This document shows positions 58,700 through 64,000 of a stretch of DNA of 64,000 nucleotides, piece after piece. The position numbers and the translations under genes were made by a program. Position 1 is the first letter of the stretch. Each line of letters opens with the position of its first letter. Origin of the DNA: the human T2T-CHM13v2.0 reference genome, Homo sapiens; assembly GCF_009914755.1 (NCBI RefSeq), contig NC_060929.1. The stretch is one strand, 5' to 3'. The notes under the pieces are model-generated. The model was not told the DNA's origin. It worked only from the letters and a program-made list of their open reading frames with translations, and searched no databases.

Positions 58700-61600
58700 G
58701 ACACGAAGTGGCAAGCTGGATAAAGAGTCAAAATCCAGCGGTGTGTTATATTCAAGAGACCCATCTCACATGCAAGGGCACACATTGACTCAAAATAAAA
58801 GGATGGAAGAAAATTTACCAAGCAAATGGGAAACAGCAAAAAGCAGGGGTTGCAATCCTAGTTTCTGACAAAATAGACTTTAAATCAACAAAGATCAAAA
58901 GAGACAAAGAAGGGCATTACATATTGGTAAAGCGGAGCTAACTATCCTAAATATATATGCACCCAATACAGGAGCACCCAGATTCATAAAACAAGTTCTT
59001 AGAGACCTACAAAGAAACTCAGACTCCCACACAATAATAGTGGGAGACTTTAACACTCCACTGTCAATATTAGATAGAACATCGAGACAGAAAATTAACA
59101 AAGATATTCAGGACTTGAACTCAGCCCTGGGCCAAGTTGACCTGATAGATATCTACACCTACAGATCTTTCCACCCCAGAAGGACAGAATATACATTCTT
59201 CTTGGTACCACATGACACTTACTCCAAAACTGATCCCATAATTAGAAGTAAATCACTCCTCAGCAAATGCAAAAGACTGAAACCATAACAGTCTCTCAGA
59301 CCACAGCACAATCAAATTAGAACTCAAAAGTAAGAAACTTATTCAAAATCACACAACCACATGGAACTTTAACAGCCTGCTCCTGAATGACTCCTTAGTA
59401 AAACATGAAATTAAGGTGGAAATTAAGAAGTTCTTTGAAACCAATGAAAACAAAGAAAACGTACCAGAATCTCTGGGATGCAGCTAAAGCAGTGTTAAGA
59501 GGGAGATTTATAGCACTAAATGCTCACATCAAAAAACTAGAAAGATCTCAAATCTACACCCTAGCACCACAACAAAAATAACTAGAGAACAAAAAGCAGA
59601 CAAACCCCAAAGCTAGCAGAAGACAAGAAATAACCAAGATCAGAGCAGAACTGAAGGATATAGAGACACAAAAAAACCCTTCAAAAAAATCAATGGATTC
59701 AGGAGCTGGTTTTTTGAAAAAATTAATAAGATACATAGACTACTAGCTAGACTAATAAAGAAGAAAAAAGAGAAGAATCAAATAGACACAATAAAAAATG
59801 ATAGAGGTATCAGCACGGATCCCACAGAAATACAACTATCCGAGAATAAACAGTTTTATGCAAATAAACTAGGAAATCTAGAAGAAATGGATAAATTCCT
59901 AGACACATACACCCTCCCAAGACTGAACTGGGAAGAAGTTGAATCCCTGAATAGACCAATAGCAAGTTCCAAAATCGAGGCAGTAATAAATAGCCCACCA
60001 ACCAAAAAAAGCCCAGGGCCAGATGGATTTACAGCTGAATTCTACCAGAACTCAGCTCCTACAAAGAGGAGCTGATACCATTTCTTCTGCAATTATTCCA
60101 AACAATTGAAAAGGAGGGACTCCTCCCTAACTCATTCTATGAGGCCAGGCCTGATACCAAAAACCGACAGAGATAAAACAAAAAAAGAAAACTTCAGGCC
60201 AATATCCCTGATGAACATCAATGTAAAAATTCTCAATAAAATACTGGCAAACCGAATCCAGCAGCACATCAAGGAGCTTATCCACCATGATCAAGTTAGC
60301 TTTATTCCTGGGATGCGAGGCTGGTTCAACATACGCAAATCAATAAATGTAATCCATCACATAAACGGATCTAAAGACAAAAACCACATGATTATCTCAA
60401 TAGACACATAAAGGACTTTGATAAAATTCAGCATCCCTTTTTGTTAAAAAACTCTCAATAAACTAGGTATTGAAGGAACATACCTCAAACGAATAGGAGC
60501 CATTTATGACAAACCCACAGCCAATAGCATACTGAATGGACAAAAGCTGGAAACACTCCCCTTGAAAACTGGCACAAGATATGGATGCCCTCTCTCACCA
60601 CTCCTATTCAACTTAGTATTGGAAGTTCTGGCCAGGGCAATCAGGCAAAAGAAAGAAATAAAGGTATTCAAATATGAAGGGAGGAAGTCAAAATGTCTTT
60701 GTCTGCAGATGACATGATCCTATATTTGGAAAACCCCATTGTCTCAGCCCAAAACTTCTTAAGCTGATAAGCAACTTCAGCAAAGTCTCAGAATAAAAAA
60801 TCAATGTGCAGAAGTCATAAGTATTCTTATACACCAACAACAGGCAAGCAGAGAGCCAAATTGTGAGTGAACTCCCATTCACAGTTGCTACAAAGAGAAT
60901 TGTATCTCTGTCAGGTTTTGGTATCATGACAATGCTGGCCTCATAGAATGTGTTAGAAAGGAATCCATCCTTTTCAATTCACAATTGCTACAAAGAGAGT
61001 AAAATACCTAAGAATACAGTTAACAAGGGAAATGAAGGACCTCTTCAAGGAGAACTATAAACTTCTGCTCAAGGAAGCCAGAGAGGACACAAACTAATGA
61101 AAAAATATTCCGTGCTCATGGATAGAAAGAATCCATATCATGAAAACGGCCATACTACCCAAAATAATTTATAGATTCAATGCTATTCCCATTAAACTAC
61201 CATTGACATTCTTCACAAAATTAGAAAAAACTATTTTAAAATTTATATGGAACCAAAAAAGAGCCCATATAGCCAAGTCAATTCTAAAGAAAAAGAACAA
61301 AGCTGGAGGCATCACCCTACCAGACTTCATTCAAACTATACTAAAAGGCTACAATAGCCAAAACAGCATGGTACTGGTACAAAAACAGACACATAGACCA
61401 ATGAAACAGAATAGAGAACTCAGAAATAAGATCACACATCTGCAACCATCTGATCTTCAACAAACTTGACAAAAACAAGCAATGGGGAAAGGACTTCCTA
61501 TTCAAAAAATGGTGCTAGGAAAACTGGCTATCCATTTGCAGAAAATTGAAACTGGACCACTTCCTCACACCTTATACAAAAATTAACTCAAGATGGATTA

Positions 61601-62760
61601 AAGACTTAAATGTCAAACGCAAAACTATAAAAACTCTGGAAGAAAGTCTAGACAATACCATACAGGACAGAGGCATGGGCAAAGATTTCATGATAAAATC
61701 ACCAAAAGCAATTGCAACAAAAGCAAAAATTGACAAATGGGGTCTAATTAAACTAAAGAATTTCTGCACAGTAAAAGAAACTCAGAGTGAACAGGCAACA
61801 AACAGAGTGGGAGAAAATCTTCACAGTCTATCCATCCAACAAAGGTCTAATATCCAGTGTCCACAAGGAATTCAAATTTACAAGAAAAAACAAACAACCT
61901 CATTAAAAGGTGGGCAAAGGACATGAACAGACCCCTCTCAAAAGAAGAATTCATGCAGCCAACAAACATATGAAAAAAAGCTCAACATCACCAATCATTA
62001 GAGAAATGCAAATCAAAAAACCACAATGAGATACCGTCTCATGCCAGTCAGAATAGCCATTATTAAAAAGTCAAGAAACAACAGATGCTGGCAAGGTTGC
62101 AGAGAAATAGGGACACTTTTACACTGTTGGTGGGAATGTAAATTAGTTCAACCATTATGGAAGATGGTATGGCAATTCCTCAAAGAGCTAGAACCAGAAA
62201 TACCATTTGACCCAGCAATCCCATTACTGGGTATATACCAAAGGGAATATAAATCTTTCTGTTACAAAGATACATGCACACATATGTTCATTGCAGCACT
62301 ATTCAGAATAGCAAGGACATGGAATCAACCCAAATGCCCATCAGTGATAAACTGGATAAAGAAAATGTGGTATAAATATACCATGGAATACTATGCAGCC
62401 ATATAATGAATGAGATAATGTTCTTTGCAGGGACGTGGATGAAGCCAGAAGCCATTATCCTCAGCAAACTAACACAGGAACAGAAAACCAAAGGCCACAT
62501 GTTCTCACTTATAACTGGGAGCTGAACAATGGGATCGCATGGACACAGAGAATGGAGCAACACACACTGGGACCTGTTGGCGGGGTGGGGTGGAGGGAGA
62601 GAGAGTATTAGGAAGGATGGCTAATGGATGTTGGGCTTAATACCTAGGTGATGAGTTGATAGGTGCAGTAAACCACTATGGCACACTTTTATCTATGTAA
62701 CAAACCTGCACATCCTGCACATGTACTAGAACATGTACCAGAACTAAAAATGATTTAAAA
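58700..62760 (+). mobile_element. ~4.06 kb 5'-truncated L1PA (~L1PA11-13-like), disrupted ORF2 (EN, RT, C-terminus) and 3'UTR
   Basis: Peptides GDFNTPLSILDR (endonuclease), [15 protein letters not shown] and [12 protein letters not shown] (RT), EIPFDPAIPLLGIY; many stops and frameshifts; possible TSD aaaaggatgtact/aaaaagatgaact. Confidence 0.96.
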
Positions 62761-62784
62761 AGATGAACTATGGAAACTTTGTTG

Positions 62785-62880
62785 TCCATCAATCATCTAT
62801 CCATTCATCTATTCCTCCCTCCATCCCTCCCGTCCTCCCTCTGTCTGTCCATCTGTCCATCCATCCATCCATCCATCCAT
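62785..62880. repeat. (CCAT)n/(TCCC)n simple repeat
   Basis: Read directly from the sequence. Confidence 0.9.
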
Positions 62881-62881
62881 G

Positions 62882-63040
62882 TAGTGATGTGCTGGAACAC
62901 CTCTTCCCAACTCTGTATCCAATAATGGCTTGAAGTTGGCCATGTGGTAGTATAAATATCCTGAAAATCAAGTTGGCAGCCATTACAAATCATGGCTTTT
63001 TTGTAGATCCAGTTGTTAAACATTCACTAGCATGCCACTG
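62882..63040 (+). mobile_element. MER63-like hAT MITE
   Basis: TIRs tagtgatgtgctgg...ctagcatgccactg; internal ttggccatg...ttacaaatcatggctttt...ccagttgttaaacatt. Confidence 0.7.
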
Positions 63041-64000
63041 ATTCTATCTAGTCCTCTCTTTTATGTAACCATCTAACCATTTATCTATGCATTCATGGGA
63101 CTCATATGAATTGGCTACCCAGGATGTACCAGGCACTCTGAGGCCCTTTGTATCTCTACTCTGAGCCTGAATGTTTGCTAGACTCTAACAGTGAGAGAGC
63201 ATGAGGAGAGTCTTTGTTTTACTGCTTGCTTTGGTACATCCTGGGAAGAATTTCTGTCCCATGATTAGACCAGAAACTACGTGAGGCCTGAGGCAGGAAG
63301 CAGCCTAGCATGTGTGGATGAGCCAACTGCATCTTCCCTCCTGTTCATATTAGACAGCCTTTGCCCCAGGACAGTGACCAGCAGCAGCACAGGAAAGTGG
63401 GGGGAGGAGGGATGGCAGATGAAGTTCCACCCGAGGTTATCGTCCCCATAGTCCCCACTGGTTTCCAGTTCTGCCTTCTGCTCCTCTTGACCCTTCTCTC
63501 TTACTCTACTCAGTTTCTCCTCACTGTTGCATCACGTGAACTGGGGTTTACGCTCCTTCTTCCTCATTTCTCACCTGTCTGCTTCAGTCCATGAGGTAAC
63601 AACACATGATCGGGAAAAAAATTGCAAACAATTTTTTAAAGAAAAAAAAGGGCACATTAGAAACCAGGAATTTGGAGCAGACTTTGGTGTGGTTTTAAGA
63701 CACGTCTGGAGTTTTTCATAATTCCCTATTCTCTGTTGCACTGCTTGCCAACTTCCTGAAACTAGTGTTTCCTTTGACAGTTATCTTACACACCCTCCTT
63801 ACACCCAATAGTCAGACAGTACTCGCTAAGTAAGCAAAGCTCCTCCAAGAATATGGCCCTACTGGAATGGCCATCCCTCAAGGCAGAGCCCTGGCAGTGA
63901 TAAAGTGTTAGGAGATTTTTAAGTACAGAGAGATGTGGAATTGGAGGGGTGATTGAAGCTCTGTAAGCAAAGGCTGAAGACCTGAGGCTGCCTATCTGGG

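Noticed and set aside
58700-62760. Active reverse transcriptase or retroelement
   Set aside because: No 5'UTR or ORF1, and ORF2 is broken by many stops and frameshifts.

Overview
Primate (very probably human) genomic DNA, not a microbial accessory region. Bases 1-4956 are the 3' end of an intron. Bases 4957-~7650 are the terminal exon of SNX18 (sorting nexin 18): the C-terminal BAR helix followed by a ~2.4 kb 3'UTR. The remaining ~56 kb is repeat-rich intergenic DNA with about 25 Alus, two large 5'-truncated L1PA copies, older L1M/L2/MIR pieces, many MaLR/ERV solo LTRs (including a MER41 inserted in an Alu) and DNA-transposon fossils (MER2, Tigger3b, MER5, Charlie-like, MER63). Apart from the SNX18 exon, the ORF track is repeat-derived or chance. 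I see no evidence for a new multi-gene system. The best second-look items are a second open frame in the SNX18 exon, inverted template-switch scars in both L1s with a shared breakpoint, a Forkhead motif cluster made by micro-duplication, a GAS-bearing MER41 LTR and a palindrome plus tandem duplication. Repeat subfamilies were recognised by eye, so boundaries are approximate (about +/-10-30 bp) unless a TSD is quoted.
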